From a virus: a stretch of DNA of 64,000 nucleotides. The notes under the pieces were generated by a model. The model made no database searches. It had not been told where the DNA came from and saw only the letters and a list, made by a program, of their open reading frames with translations. The stretch lies in IMG/VR virus record IMGVR_UViG_3300029955_000013, positions 19,901-83,900 of that record. One strand, written 5' to 3'. Shown here in pieces: positions 55,487 to 64,000 of the stretch. The position numbers were made by a program, and so were the translations under genes. The first letter of the stretch is position 1, and each line of letters begins with the position of its first letter.

Positions 55487-55788
55487 TGGGCAAACACAAA
55501 GATCTTATTAACGCTGTTAAGAAGGACAGCTTCGATAAAAACAAAAAATTGCTCGTGCAGCCGAACGAAAAAACCATGAAGATAGCTGTCGCCGACTTTA
55601 TCACGTTCGTGTCTAAGGTCTACAAGAGCACTTCGGCCCAAGCTATGAACGCAATAACGAATGGCGACGTATCAGTTAACGGCGAGATAGTGAGCGTGAC
55701 TACATACATAGTTAAGGCTGGTGATGTGGTTAGGGTGGACATAGGCCACTACCTAAGGAATTCTGGGTACATGGCTGTGGCCGAGTAA
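55486..55788 (+). CDS. S4 RNA-binding domain protein
   Basis: S..QA..AI..G.V.VNG......VK.GD.V. Confidence 0.7.
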   Translation: MGKHKDLINAVKKDSFDKNKKLLVQPNEKTMKIAVADFITFVSKVYKSTSAQAMNAITNGDVSVNGEIVSVTTYIVKAGDVVRVDIGHYLRNSGYMAVAE

Positions 55789-55831
55789 ATATTTTTACGT
55801 TCCGTGGATTATCTATAATATTGTGTTATAA

Positions 55832-56287
55832 ATGGAAGCGAGAACAATAAAATCTACCAAGAGGATAGCCCTCGTAGCACACGACAACAAGAAAGCCGAC
55901 CTGGTCGACTGGGCGGTCTTCAACAAGACGACGCTTTCTAAGCACGAAATATATGCCACTGGCACTACTGGCAAGCTGCTCGAGGATAATCTCGGCATAG
56001 AGGTTGTAAAGCTAATGAGCGGGCCTTACGGTGGCGACCAGCAGATAGGATCTATGATCGCAGAGGGAAACCTCGACATGCTTATCTTCTTCTGGGATCC
56101 TCTCGAGGCTCAGCCGCATGATAGCGATGTTAAGGCGCTGCTTAGGCTTGGCGTTCTGTGGAACATACCGATAGCGTGCTGCAGGTCTACTGCCGATTTT
56201 ATTCTAACATCGAAGCTGATGGACCAGGATTATGAGCCTTTCCTTCCGGATTATGGCACTTACCTTTCGAGGGATGATAAAAATTAA
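55832..56287 (+). CDS. mgsA: methylglyoxal synthase
   Basis: IALVAHD.KK, ATGTTG, SGP.GGDQQIG, FFWDPL..QPHD.DVKALLR. Confidence 0.95.
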   Translation: MEARTIKSTKRIALVAHDNKKADLVDWAVFNKTTLSKHEIYATGTTGKLLEDNLGIEVVKLMSGPYGGDQQIGSMIAEGNLDMLIFFWDPLEAQPHDSDVKALLRLGVLWNIPIACCRSTADFILTSKLMDQDYEPFLPDYGTYLSRDDKN

Positions 56288-56290
56288 TAT

Positions 56291-56734
56291 ATGAGGCGAA
56301 TTTACGTGGACATGGATGACACACTCTGCAAGTTTATGCAGAGGTACCAGGAGATGATGCAAAAGAACCCGTCTATACGCTACCCCCAGTCGCAATACGG
56401 CTTCTTTACGGACCTCGAGCCGATAGACGACGCAATATCAAGCATGCACACGTTGCGCGAGGTGTATGACGTCTGGATACTCACCAGGCCGTCCTACATG
56501 AATCCGCTGTGCTACACCGAGAAGAGGGTTTGGGTGGAGAAGCACTTAGGCATCAATTTTTGCAAGAAGCTGATACTTTGCCCGGATAAGTCTTTATTGA
56601 AGGGTGATTACCTCATTGACGACATAAAGTGGCCTGGTTTCGAGGGTGAGCAGATACTTTTCGGGTCTGAGAAGTATAGGAATTGGAAAGCTGTAATAGA
56701 TTACTTATATTGGGATAAATACTGGGAGAGGTAA
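56291..56734 (+). CDS. 5'(3')-deoxyribonucleotidase (NT5C, HAD)
   Basis: YVDMDDTL, EK..W...H, GDYLIDD. Confidence 0.85.
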   Translation: MRRIYVDMDDTLCKFMQRYQEMMQKNPSIRYPQSQYGFFTDLEPIDDAISSMHTLREVYDVWILTRPSYMNPLCYTEKRVWVEKHLGINFCKKLILCPDKSLLKGDYLIDDIKWPGFEGEQILFGSEKYRNWKAVIDYLYWDKYWER

Positions 56735-56925
56735 TGGAAAAATACAAGGGTTATACCGAGGAGGATGGCATAGTGTACGTGCAGGATCCGGTATCCGGCC
56801 ACTACACTGTTTTCCTCGCAAGAAGGCCTTACGTCATTGCTGAGGATGAAACAAAAGAGAAGGCGAAAGATCGACTTATGAACTTACTTGATATATTTGT
56901 AGACATGGAGGGACTGAACAGATGA
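56734..56925 (+). CDS. HicB-like small protein
   Basis: G.YTVF....P.VIAE.ETKE.A. Confidence 0.45.
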   Translation: MEKYKGYTEEDGIVYVQDPVSGHYTVFLARRPYVIAEDETKEKAKDRLMNLLDIFVDMEGLNR

Positions 56926-57182
56926 TAGCTAATTGGATGGTGCTTTGTTATAAGGATAACGGGCCTGTGGAAGACGGCAGGAACATAATCGTAAAGCACA
57001 CTTGTGTGTATGAGGACGAGCCGAACGATAATGACATAACAAGTCTCATTAACGAGCTTAGCACTGTTGCAGACTTCGGTATGGTTGGTGACGAGGATTA
57101 CGATATGGCCAAGTTCAATCGCAATACTGAAATGGGTCAGTTCTGGTTTAAGCAGATGAATATACCAGAGGGGATAATTTAA
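56922..57182 (+). CDS. hypothetical protein
   Basis: 86-aa ORF. Confidence 0.55.
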   Translation: MIANWMVLCYKDNGPVEDGRNIIVKHTCVYEDEPNDNDITSLINELSTVADFGMVGDEDYDMAKFNRNTEMGQFWFKQMNIPEGII

Positions 57183-57190
57183 AAGATTTA

Positions 57191-57586
57191 ATGGCAAGAA
57201 TATTTTTGGGCGGAACATGTAACAATTCTACATGGAGAGATGATTTGATTAAGAAGTTGGAAGTAGATTACTTTAATCCAGTAGTACCAGACTGGACGGA
57301 GGAGGCTTACCAACAGGAGTTGGCAGAGCGAGAAACTTGTGACAAGTGTTTGTATGTGATAACGCCTAAGATGACAGGCGTTTATTCGATAGCTGAAGTA
57401 GTTGATGATTCGAATAAGAGGCCTGAAAAGACCGTGTTTTGTTTCATTGGATTCGATCAGGGGTTGGCCTTCGACAAGGGACAGGCCAAGAGCCTCGACA
57501 AGGTTGGCGTGATGGTCGAAAGCAATGGCGGCAAGTACTTAAAGACGCTTGATCAGGTTGCCAATTATCTCAACAGCAGTATATAA
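57191..57586 (+). CDS. nucleoside 2-deoxyribosyltransferase-like protein
   Basis: IFLGGTC..S.WR, YFNPVV..W, SIAE. Confidence 0.75.
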   Translation: MARIFLGGTCNNSTWRDDLIKKLEVDYFNPVVPDWTEEAYQQELAERETCDKCLYVITPKMTGVYSIAEVVDDSNKRPEKTVFCFIGFDQGLAFDKGQAKSLDKVGVMVESNGGKYLKTLDQVANYLNSSI

Positions 57587-57596
57587 TATTATACAT

Positions 57597-57668
57597 GGCG
57601 TATTCGTATAATGGCAAGTACAAAGCTCTCATAAAGCTTCGGAGGTGGTTCGATTCCACTATACGCTA
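57597..57668 (+). tRNA. tRNA-Met(CAT), probably elongator
   Basis: GGCGTAT/ATACGCT; AAGCT-CTCATAA-AGCTT. Confidence 0.85.
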
Positions 57669-57750
57669 CTTTTTTCAAATGGTAAAGTACCTTTGGTTTG
57701 TAACCTATAAGGCCTTGTTCATTGGGCCAGCTAACCAACGAATTTTTTGA

Positions 57751-57969
57751 ATGGAAGTAACCAGTGTTGTTGTGAGCGATTTATTTTATGTCGGCGATGG
57801 TTTTTCACCGAGGAAAGAGGCGGTAATAACATTCAATTACGATCCTGAAATAATACAGGATCTTTATGGATTAAATACTTTTGACTTAGAGGAGCAGCTT
57901 GCGGAGATTTATGGAAAAAAATTGATAAGAGCTCTTGTAGATTACAAGGTTTGCACAACTGAGAAATAA
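57751..57969 (+). CDS. hypothetical protein
   Basis: TACCTTTG at 57688 upstream. Confidence 0.5.
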   Translation: MEVTSVVVSDLFYVGDGFSPRKEAVITFNYDPEIIQDLYGLNTFDLEEQLAEIYGKKLIRALVDYKVCTTEK

Positions 57970-57971
57970 TA

Positions 57972-58044
57972 TGCAGGTTAGAGCAGTGGTAGCTCGCCAG
58001 GTTCATTTCCTGGAGGTCATGGCGTTCGAATCCCATACCCGCAA
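57972..58044 (+). tRNA. initiator-like tRNA-Met(CAT), degenerate
   Basis: GAGCAGTGGTAGCTCG D-arm; CCAGG-TTCATTT-CCTGG. Confidence 0.7.
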
Positions 58045-58164
58045 CAGAGTTTAAATAATACAACGCTCCGTGCGTCTGAAGGTAGGGCCGAAAGGTTAGC
58101 ACCGTTCCCGTATTATTAAAGTGCGATTTTCAACTCACCCCGCCTGGGATAGCATCCCAGGTCC

Positions 58165-58197
58165 GACCATCCTCACGAGGGATGGTTTCTTTTTTTT
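58165..58197 (+). terminator. intrinsic terminator
   Basis: ACCATCCT...GGGATGGT plus U-tract. Confidence 0.75.
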
Positions 58198-58246
58198 ACG
58201 TATGCTTTGGGGAATCGCTTGTATATTCGTATCAAATTGAAAAGTA

Positions 58247-58825
58247 ATGGACAAGCCGTCTCTGATATTCGCCACGAACAACCAGGACAAGATAAGGGAA
58301 GTTGTTTCATACTTGGGCGACACGTTCGACGTGATAACGCTCAAGCAGGCCAACATCGACATAGACATCCCGGAACCGTACGACACAATACAGGAAAACG
58401 CTTTTATCAAGGCGAAGACTATCTACAACATGACCGGCAATAACTGCTTTAGCGAAGACACCGGCTTCTTCGTTGACGCATTGTACGGCAAACCCGGCGT
58501 TAAGGCGGCAAGGTATGCCGGCGAAAAGGCCACGTACCAGCAGAATATCGACAAGATGCTTTCAGAAATGCAAGGAAAGGCTAACAGGAGGGCCTATTTC
58601 AGGACGTGCATGATACTGCTGGTTAATGGTGTTCAGTATTCATTCGAAGGCGATTGTTTCGGCACCATAACCGAAGAACGACACGGCACCGGCTTTGGCT
58701 ACGATCCAATTTTTATACCTGATGGCGCCGATAAGACCTTCTCTGAAATGGACGTGAGCGAAAAAGCCCTGTACAGCCATAGGATTAGTGCGCTTAAGAA
58801 AATGATTAGTTTTCTCGGTAGGTAA
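58247..58825 (+). CDS. rdgB: RdgB/HAM1 non-canonical purine NTP pyrophosphatase
   Basis: FATNN..K, ENA..KA, EDTG, GFGYDPIF, SHR. Confidence 0.92.
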   Translation: MDKPSLIFATNNQDKIREVVSYLGDTFDVITLKQANIDIDIPEPYDTIQENAFIKAKTIYNMTGNNCFSEDTGFFVDALYGKPGVKAARYAGEKATYQQNIDKMLSEMQGKANRRAYFRTCMILLVNGVQYSFEGDCFGTITEERHGTGFGYDPIFIPDGADKTFSEMDVSEKALYSHRISALKKMISFLGR

Positions 58826-59021
58826 GTATATAAATCATAATAGAACTCAATGAGCCTCTCCACGATGCGCAACTACACAGAACTGAATTAACAGTTATCG
58901 CGCTTGGTCAATCATGATACACGGCCAGCGAGTGAGTCATTTTATTAGAATGCAGGATGATGCCTCTGTCGGGCGTTTTTCCTGCATTCTTGTTTTGCAT
59001 ATATTCATGCAAAGTAAATGA

Positions 59022-59270
59022 ATGTTAGAGGAAAGCGGTTTTATAAATGGAACTGATTTGGTGTTTACGGATATATCATCCGAGGATTTCAGGGTGTATG
59101 AGTTCGAGGCGATGAATCTCGTCAGGATAGAAAAGCCTTTGAGGTTGCACGTTAGCGCAAGCGGCGGCCACAGAATATTTGACGCACAGGGATTCAGCCA
59201 TTACATACCGTCTGGATGGCGCCGGCTTATGTGGAAGGCTAAGCCTGGCCAACCGAACTTCGTGAAATAA
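59022..59270 (+). CDS. hypothetical phage protein
   Basis: DISSE..R.YEF...VS.SGGHR. Confidence 0.65.
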   Translation: MLEESGFINGTDLVFTDISSEDFRVYEFEAMNLVRIEKPLRLHVSASGGHRIFDAQGFSHYIPSGWRRLMWKAKPGQPNFVK

Positions 59271-59324
59271 TTTATGGCACCTCTGGTGCTTTTTTTATGT
59301 CCTATTTTAATATTTAAAACTGTA

Positions 59325-59930
59325 ATGAAGAACTTACAAGATATAACACTTGACGACGTCAAGACGCTATTGGTCTCGAAATCTTATAAAACATTTACGG
59401 ACGGCAAGCCTAACATAGTCGGCATAAGGAACGCTTCGCCGGACGCCGATGATTCATTCAACGACCTGTGTTGGGTGTGGTGGACGGATGGCGGCCAGGA
59501 GGTGTCTCACAGCTATACGATTACGACCCACCCGGGCTTCACCTACCTGCAGAATCCGATCGCGGGCACTACTGGGACTGCGATTCTCGTTCCGGGCCAG
59601 TATTTTGACACATGGGAGCTCGGGATGCATAAAGGCAAGCAGTTCGCGTTATGTCAGAATGATGGGCCTGTAAAGGTCTACAGGGACAATAATAAGGACA
59701 CCATACTTACTTGCGATCCTAAAACGATAGAGTCGGGGTACTTCGGGATTGATTTGCACCACGGTTCTATAAACGACACGAACGTGATAGGCCCTTGGTC
59801 CGCCGGCTGCCAGGTCTGGCGCTTTAGCGGGCCGCACGAGGACCTGATGCAGGATTTAAAGGCGTTGTCTGCGAAGTACGGCTACAGCTCTTTTTCTTAT
59901 ACGTTGGTTAACCAGGAAGACTTCGCCTAA
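59325..59930 (+). CDS. putative L,D-peptidase-like cell wall enzyme
   Basis: GI..H...WSAGCQ (His/Cys); late motif at 59311. Confidence 0.5.
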   Translation: MKNLQDITLDDVKTLLVSKSYKTFTDGKPNIVGIRNASPDADDSFNDLCWVWWTDGGQEVSHSYTITTHPGFTYLQNPIAGTTGTAILVPGQYFDTWELGMHKGKQFALCQNDGPVKVYRDNNKDTILTCDPKTIESGYFGIDLHHGSINDTNVIGPWSAGCQVWRFSGPHEDLMQDLKALSAKYGYSSFSYTLVNQEDFA

Positions 59931-59946
59931 TATTTAAAAAATAAAA

Positions 59947-61305
59947 ATGTTTGCTTACAATACATTTATCGCCGCTTATGGTAGCAACGACCGTACTATT
60001 AGGGTGCTTGATACGACAGGTGCTGTTGCCTATACTTTAAATGTGTGTAACTACCAGAAGAGTTCTGTCAACGGCTCGAGCCTTAACATATCCATGCAGG
60101 ACAACTCAACCGAGTACTCCCTGCCGTTCTCATCCAACAACGAGGCCAAGCTCGCCATAGTTGCCTTCAAGGTTGCCATAGATACGCTCAGGGTGAATTG
60201 CAATCCTTCTTCCGGGTCCTCTTCGAGTCCGTCAACTGCTATAGCGGTAAGTTATTTGCAATACAAAGCCATGGCTTCAGTGGCTGGGCTTACTGAACTC
60301 CAGTGGTACGACGTGACGGATTCTACGAATCTGCTTTTTCAAGATGCCACCTATACGATGAGGCTGTTTGCTAAGACGAACAACGACAAGCATCCGAGGG
60401 GGCAGCTTAACGCTAATCAGGCTTATGTTTCGATAGATGTGGCGAACAACAAGGTGCTGAGCTACGAGTACGCCGCGAACAGCATTTACATATTGAACAG
60501 CGTGCTGTATTCAACGTTCAGCGGTAGCAGTAACATCAGCGTTATAAACAACAGCCGTGTGCAAGCCACAAACACCTCTTACGTCGTTGTTGAGAACAAT
60601 TCCATAGCCGTGTTGGACACGTGCTCTAATCTAAAGATAAGCAACTCTTCTAACGTGACTGTTAGCAATGCCAGTAATTGCACGATAGACAATATACAAC
60701 AGGATTTGACCACCATGGGTTTCAACTTGAGTAACGTAGCAATTGACAGGAATTTAAGCGTTGGCCTCGCCGGCTCGAATCTAAATGTTAATTCTGGAAG
60801 CTTCGGCCTACTCGCCTATAGGGATAAGACCGATCAGATTATAAATTTCACGAACAGCCATAACAATATCTCTATTACGTTGGATAACCAGATAGTGCAG
60901 GCCAACGCGGTTTTTAGGTTGAAATATGTCGGGTCTGGATCTAACAACACTATACAAATACTGGACGCCTCAGGCGATGTATTGTTTACGATAGTAGATG
61001 GTTACAAGAACTGCGTTGCGTTGTTTGCGTTCAATGTCGGCAACGGCCAATTTGAGTTTAAAGAAATCGAGCTCGACATGTCTAACAAGTTGACTATCAA
61101 CACATTCACGCCTACCAATAACCAGACGGTTTTCGCTTTGACTGTCGCTCCGGTTGACTCATCTAAGCTTGAGATGTTCATAAATGGCCAGAAGCAACTG
61201 ATCTCTTTGGACTTCACTTACAACGGTTCAAACAACACGGTAGTATATACAAATAGGAATTTCTCCCTTTCCACTACGGATGAGATGGAAATAAGAATAT
61301 ACTAA
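59947..61305 (+). CDS. putative virion structural protein
   Basis: Beta-helix-like repeats; C-terminal FINGQKQ module. Confidence 0.6.
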   Translation: MFAYNTFIAAYGSNDRTIRVLDTTGAVAYTLNVCNYQKSSVNGSSLNISMQDNSTEYSLPFSSNNEAKLAIVAFKVAIDTLRVNCNPSSGSSSSPSTAIAVSYLQYKAMASVAGLTELQWYDVTDSTNLLFQDATYTMRLFAKTNNDKHPRGQLNANQAYVSIDVANNKVLSYEYAANSIYILNSVLYSTFSGSSNISVINNSRVQATNTSYVVVENNSIAVLDTCSNLKISNSSNVTVSNASNCTIDNIQQDLTTMGFNLSNVAIDRNLSVGLAGSNLNVNSGSFGLLAYRDKTDQIINFTNSHNNISITLDNQIVQANAVFRLKYVGSGSNNTIQILDASGDVLFTIVDGYKNCVALFAFNVGNGQFEFKEIELDMSNKLTINTFTPTNNQTVFALTVAPVDSSKLEMFINGQKQLISLDFTYNGSNNTVVYTNRNFSLSTTDEMEIRIY

Positions 61306-61351
61306 TTCTAAAAACATAACTTTTTATTTATATTTAAGGATAAAGAGTTAA

Positions 61352-62668
61352 ATGTATTACAGGCTATATCCGTGCAAAAACAATACCATATTTAAGTATA
61401 CGCAGTCAGATGGCGTATCAGACGTTGCATGGTCTACCAGCATCAATACTGGCCAGAGCTCGATAATGGAGATGCAGGACGGTGCCGGCCAGAGTCGTTT
61501 ACTGTTCGGTTTCGACATACCGGCTTGGCTGAGCAGTAAGCTGACTGACTATAGCTTTACGGCTAACTTGAAGCTTTTCGATGCTGGCGCGTTGTACAAC
61601 AGCCTTGCTGCGCTGAAGAATGTTACATTAAATTTATTTTACAACGATTTCAGCGAGGGTGACGGCTGGTCTTTCCTACAACCAACTGCGATCTCCGAAA
61701 CCTCAAACTGGGGTTTCAGTCAGGACGGTATCGCTTGGGACTTCACTACCTTCCAGAAGATAACGGATTACTTCCCCAACAGTTTCCATGAGGATTTTGT
61801 TTTCGACGTTAGCGCCGCTTTTGCTCAGGCTGTGTCGTTAAACGATTCGCCTAATTTTTCCTTAAACATAACGGATCACGCTTATGCAGCAAACGTGCAA
61901 GCCAAGTTCATATACAGCAAGTATACGAGGACGGTTTTCCAGCCTTATGTAGAGTTTTTTATAAATGACGAGATTATAGATGGGTGCTTTAATATGACTG
62001 CTGGGTTGTCTAATAAGATATTCTTTGTGAATGAGAACGGCATGGACTTCTCTGGCGTCATAACAGCAACCGCAATACTTAACAGCAATACGATCGTTAA
62101 TCTATCCTCCACCAAGGTTTCAACTGGTGTTTATTACGTAGAAGTAATACCTGCCGAGCCAATGTACTCTAACAAGAAGGAGTACGTCATATTGACATGG
62201 CAGATTGGTGGCGTTGACTACTACAAGCAGACTATACAGGTACAGCCGCAGAACAAGCTGTCCACTGGCCCTAACCTGGCGAATCTGTTCTTCTATCCGG
62301 CCACTCCATACTCACACAACATCGTTAGGCAGGGTGACATAATGCCGTTCGAAGTCGTTTCGCAGATAAGAGGTTCTGGCAATATAGTAGACACTGATTA
62401 TCAGTTCAAAGTGGTCACTATGGATGGCTTCGAGATGATACCTTGGATGCCGGTTAGTACGTACAGGGAGAAGATGTACTTTTTCATCGACACTTCCTTC
62501 TTTTTCCCGGAGCAGACATACGAGGTGATAACGAGGAACGTGAAACCTAACTTCACAATATCCTCTAATCTGACTTATAAATTCCAGCTGGTGCAAGACG
62601 CGCAGAGTCAATTGAGGGAGCTCAACGCGAGCCCTTACTATGCCAGGGATTCATTCTTTTCAAAATAA
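61352..62668 (+). CDS. putative virion structural protein
   Basis: 438-aa late ORF; NTG...E...SR.L..FD and F.S..T.T...P motifs. Confidence 0.6.
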   Translation: MYYRLYPCKNNTIFKYTQSDGVSDVAWSTSINTGQSSIMEMQDGAGQSRLLFGFDIPAWLSSKLTDYSFTANLKLFDAGALYNSLAALKNVTLNLFYNDFSEGDGWSFLQPTAISETSNWGFSQDGIAWDFTTFQKITDYFPNSFHEDFVFDVSAAFAQAVSLNDSPNFSLNITDHAYAANVQAKFIYSKYTRTVFQPYVEFFINDEIIDGCFNMTAGLSNKIFFVNENGMDFSGVITATAILNSNTIVNLSSTKVSTGVYYVEVIPAEPMYSNKKEYVILTWQIGGVDYYKQTIQVQPQNKLSTGPNLANLFFYPATPYSHNIVRQGDIMPFEVVSQIRGSGNIVDTDYQFKVVTMDGFEMIPWMPVSTYREKMYFFIDTSFFFPEQTYEVITRNVKPNFTISSNLTYKFQLVQDAQSQLRELNASPYYARDSFFSK

Positions 62669-62673
62669 CAAAA

Positions 62674-63822
62674 ATGCAGAATCAATTACTTAAGTACATC
62701 ATAACAGACAACACCGTTGACAATAACTATGCTATAAATCCTACTAAGCAACAGTTGTTTTACGTACCGAAGGAAGAGAGCCAGATGATAACCGGGAAGA
62801 CGTTTAGTTTTACCGGCACGAGGCCGGTCGGCTACAACAACGACCCGCTTAACGAGACTGTAAACAGGGACTCTACCGTAGCTAATGGAATTACGGCGAA
62901 CACCTCCTTTACCGATACTGATTACGTGGGGTTGTCTGTATACGACGTGCCTACATTTCTCGTGGAGGGTTATTACGATTTCACGATTATAGACCTCATA
63001 AGGACGAGGAATATGATAGTGAACACGACCAATAACTATTTGACCAACGTAGCAAATGGCATACAGTTAATAAGGGTGCCTTCTGGTTTGTTAAATGTGG
63101 TGCTGACTGACGCGACGGCTATAGCAGCGAACAACGGCAGCACTCTGAAAAAATACTACGGCGATTACTACTTTACCATAACGCCTAAGTTCTTTACGAC
63201 TTCCGTTATCGCCGTGGATAGCAGGGGTCAGTATGACACTAACAATTTGAACGATGATGTTAATAGTACGGATCCTGATAACATAGTTCCTACATACAAG
63301 AGGAGAACCGTCTACGAGTGCAACAAGACAGATGGTCTTGGACTATTGTGGAACTTTGAGCAGAATGGTTTGCAGTCGGGCAGGCTGATAGGCTCTGTTG
63401 TCGAAGTGTGGGACTCTTCGCAAACCGTGTTGAAGCAAGTGAAGGTGATAAACGAAAGCGAGTTTAATTTCACAGACGTCTCGAAGAACTTTAATATCGT
63501 TATGAGTCCCGACACTGTAGGGTATGATTCGCCCGTTCAGGCAGTTGGTGTCGGTGACGTGCTTAAGATATACCCGAGAGAAACGAGCTTTAACCAATTG
63601 ACGATACTGCTGTCTTACCAGAACCAATCAACGCAAACTTCGAGCGCGCTATCATTTTTGATGAATGACGTTGCGAGGGACATGACCACCGGTGTGTATG
63701 AAATATACGACAGCAACGGTATTACTATAGACTCGAGCGGTAATTTCAACGGCAATGTAATTCAGCAGTACCAAATAACGCAAGTAAACGGTTACGAGAT
63801 AAGAAAGAGAATAAATGGCTAA
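62674..63822 (+). CDS. putative virion structural protein
   Basis: Asn/Thr-rich late ORF. Confidence 0.6.
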   Translation: MQNQLLKYIITDNTVDNNYAINPTKQQLFYVPKEESQMITGKTFSFTGTRPVGYNNDPLNETVNRDSTVANGITANTSFTDTDYVGLSVYDVPTFLVEGYYDFTIIDLIRTRNMIVNTTNNYLTNVANGIQLIRVPSGLLNVVLTDATAIAANNGSTLKKYYGDYYFTITPKFFTTSVIAVDSRGQYDTNNLNDDVNSTDPDNIVPTYKRRTVYECNKTDGLGLLWNFEQNGLQSGRLIGSVVEVWDSSQTVLKQVKVINESEFNFTDVSKNFNIVMSPDTVGYDSPVQAVGVGDVLKIYPRETSFNQLTILLSYQNQSTQTSSALSFLMNDVARDMTTGVYEIYDSNGITIDSSGNFNGNVIQQYQITQVNGYEIRKRING

Positions 63823-64000
63823 TCTAATTAACAACAATCCTCTTGGTGCGGATTCGATCAAGGGCGGTATATTTTTTGGTTCAAACTTAACACCGAATGG
63901 TACGTTTCCTAATGTGCCATCTTTTTATACGCCAGCCCAGATAACCCAGCAGGAGCCTGCTCTTATGCTTACGCTGCAGAAGGTGAAGGAGTCGCTCGCG
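63815..64000 (+). CDS. partial CDS running off the window end
   Basis: MANLINNNPLG..., open to the end. Confidence 0.55.
   Translation, partial: MANLINNNPLGADSIKGGIFFGSNLTPNGTFPNVPSFYTPAQITQQEPALMLTLQKVKESLA

Noticed and set aside
57590-58044. A third attenuator for the Met tRNAs
   Set aside because: No Met-rich short ORF plus terminator found upstream of either CAT tRNA.
58065-58105. Possible hammerhead ribozyme (CTGAAG...GAAA)
   Set aside because: Core is CTGAAGG rather than CUGANGA, and GAAA sits in a tetraloop; three stems cannot be built.
1-64000. Stop-codon reassignment, as seen in some jumbo phages
   Set aside because: Long genes are intact in code 11, coding density is high, and no CTA/TCA/TTA suppressor anticodon was found.
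1-64000. CRISPR array, rRNA, or reverse transcriptase (retron/DGR)
   Set aside because: No regularly spaced repeats, rRNA motifs or YxDD-type RT ORF seen.

Overview
Fragment of a large T4-like (myovirus-type) jumbo phage genome, most likely infecting a Bacteroidota host (TAnnTTTG promoters, no Shine-Dalgarno motifs), standard genetic code. 1-23 kb and 59-64 kb are mostly virion and late genes: a gp20-like portal with two mini-inteins, baseplate/LysM/FN3 proteins, ClpP-like protease and a glycosyltransferase. A perfect 57-bp inverted repeat brackets 4.3-23.1 kb. 23.5-58 kb is a translation island: a tmRNA, about 30 tRNA or tRNA-like genes (several non-canonical), four truncated aminoacyl-tRNA synthetases (GlyRS-, GluRS-, AlaRS-, ArgRS-like), stand-alone synthetase domains, an Rnl2 RNA ligase, an RnlB-like antitoxin, mgsA and nucleotide-sanitising enzymes. 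Main finding: each of the two tRNA blocks begins with a host-type promoter, a short leader ORF missing from the ORF track, and overlapping antiterminator/terminator hairpins. The leader codons match the downstream tRNAs (Ile/Leu/Gly/Thr/Glu for block 1, Ser/Trp for block 2). This suggests ribosome-mediated attenuation that senses depletion of specific tRNAs and switches on phage replacements. All calls were made by eye; no searches or folding programs were run.
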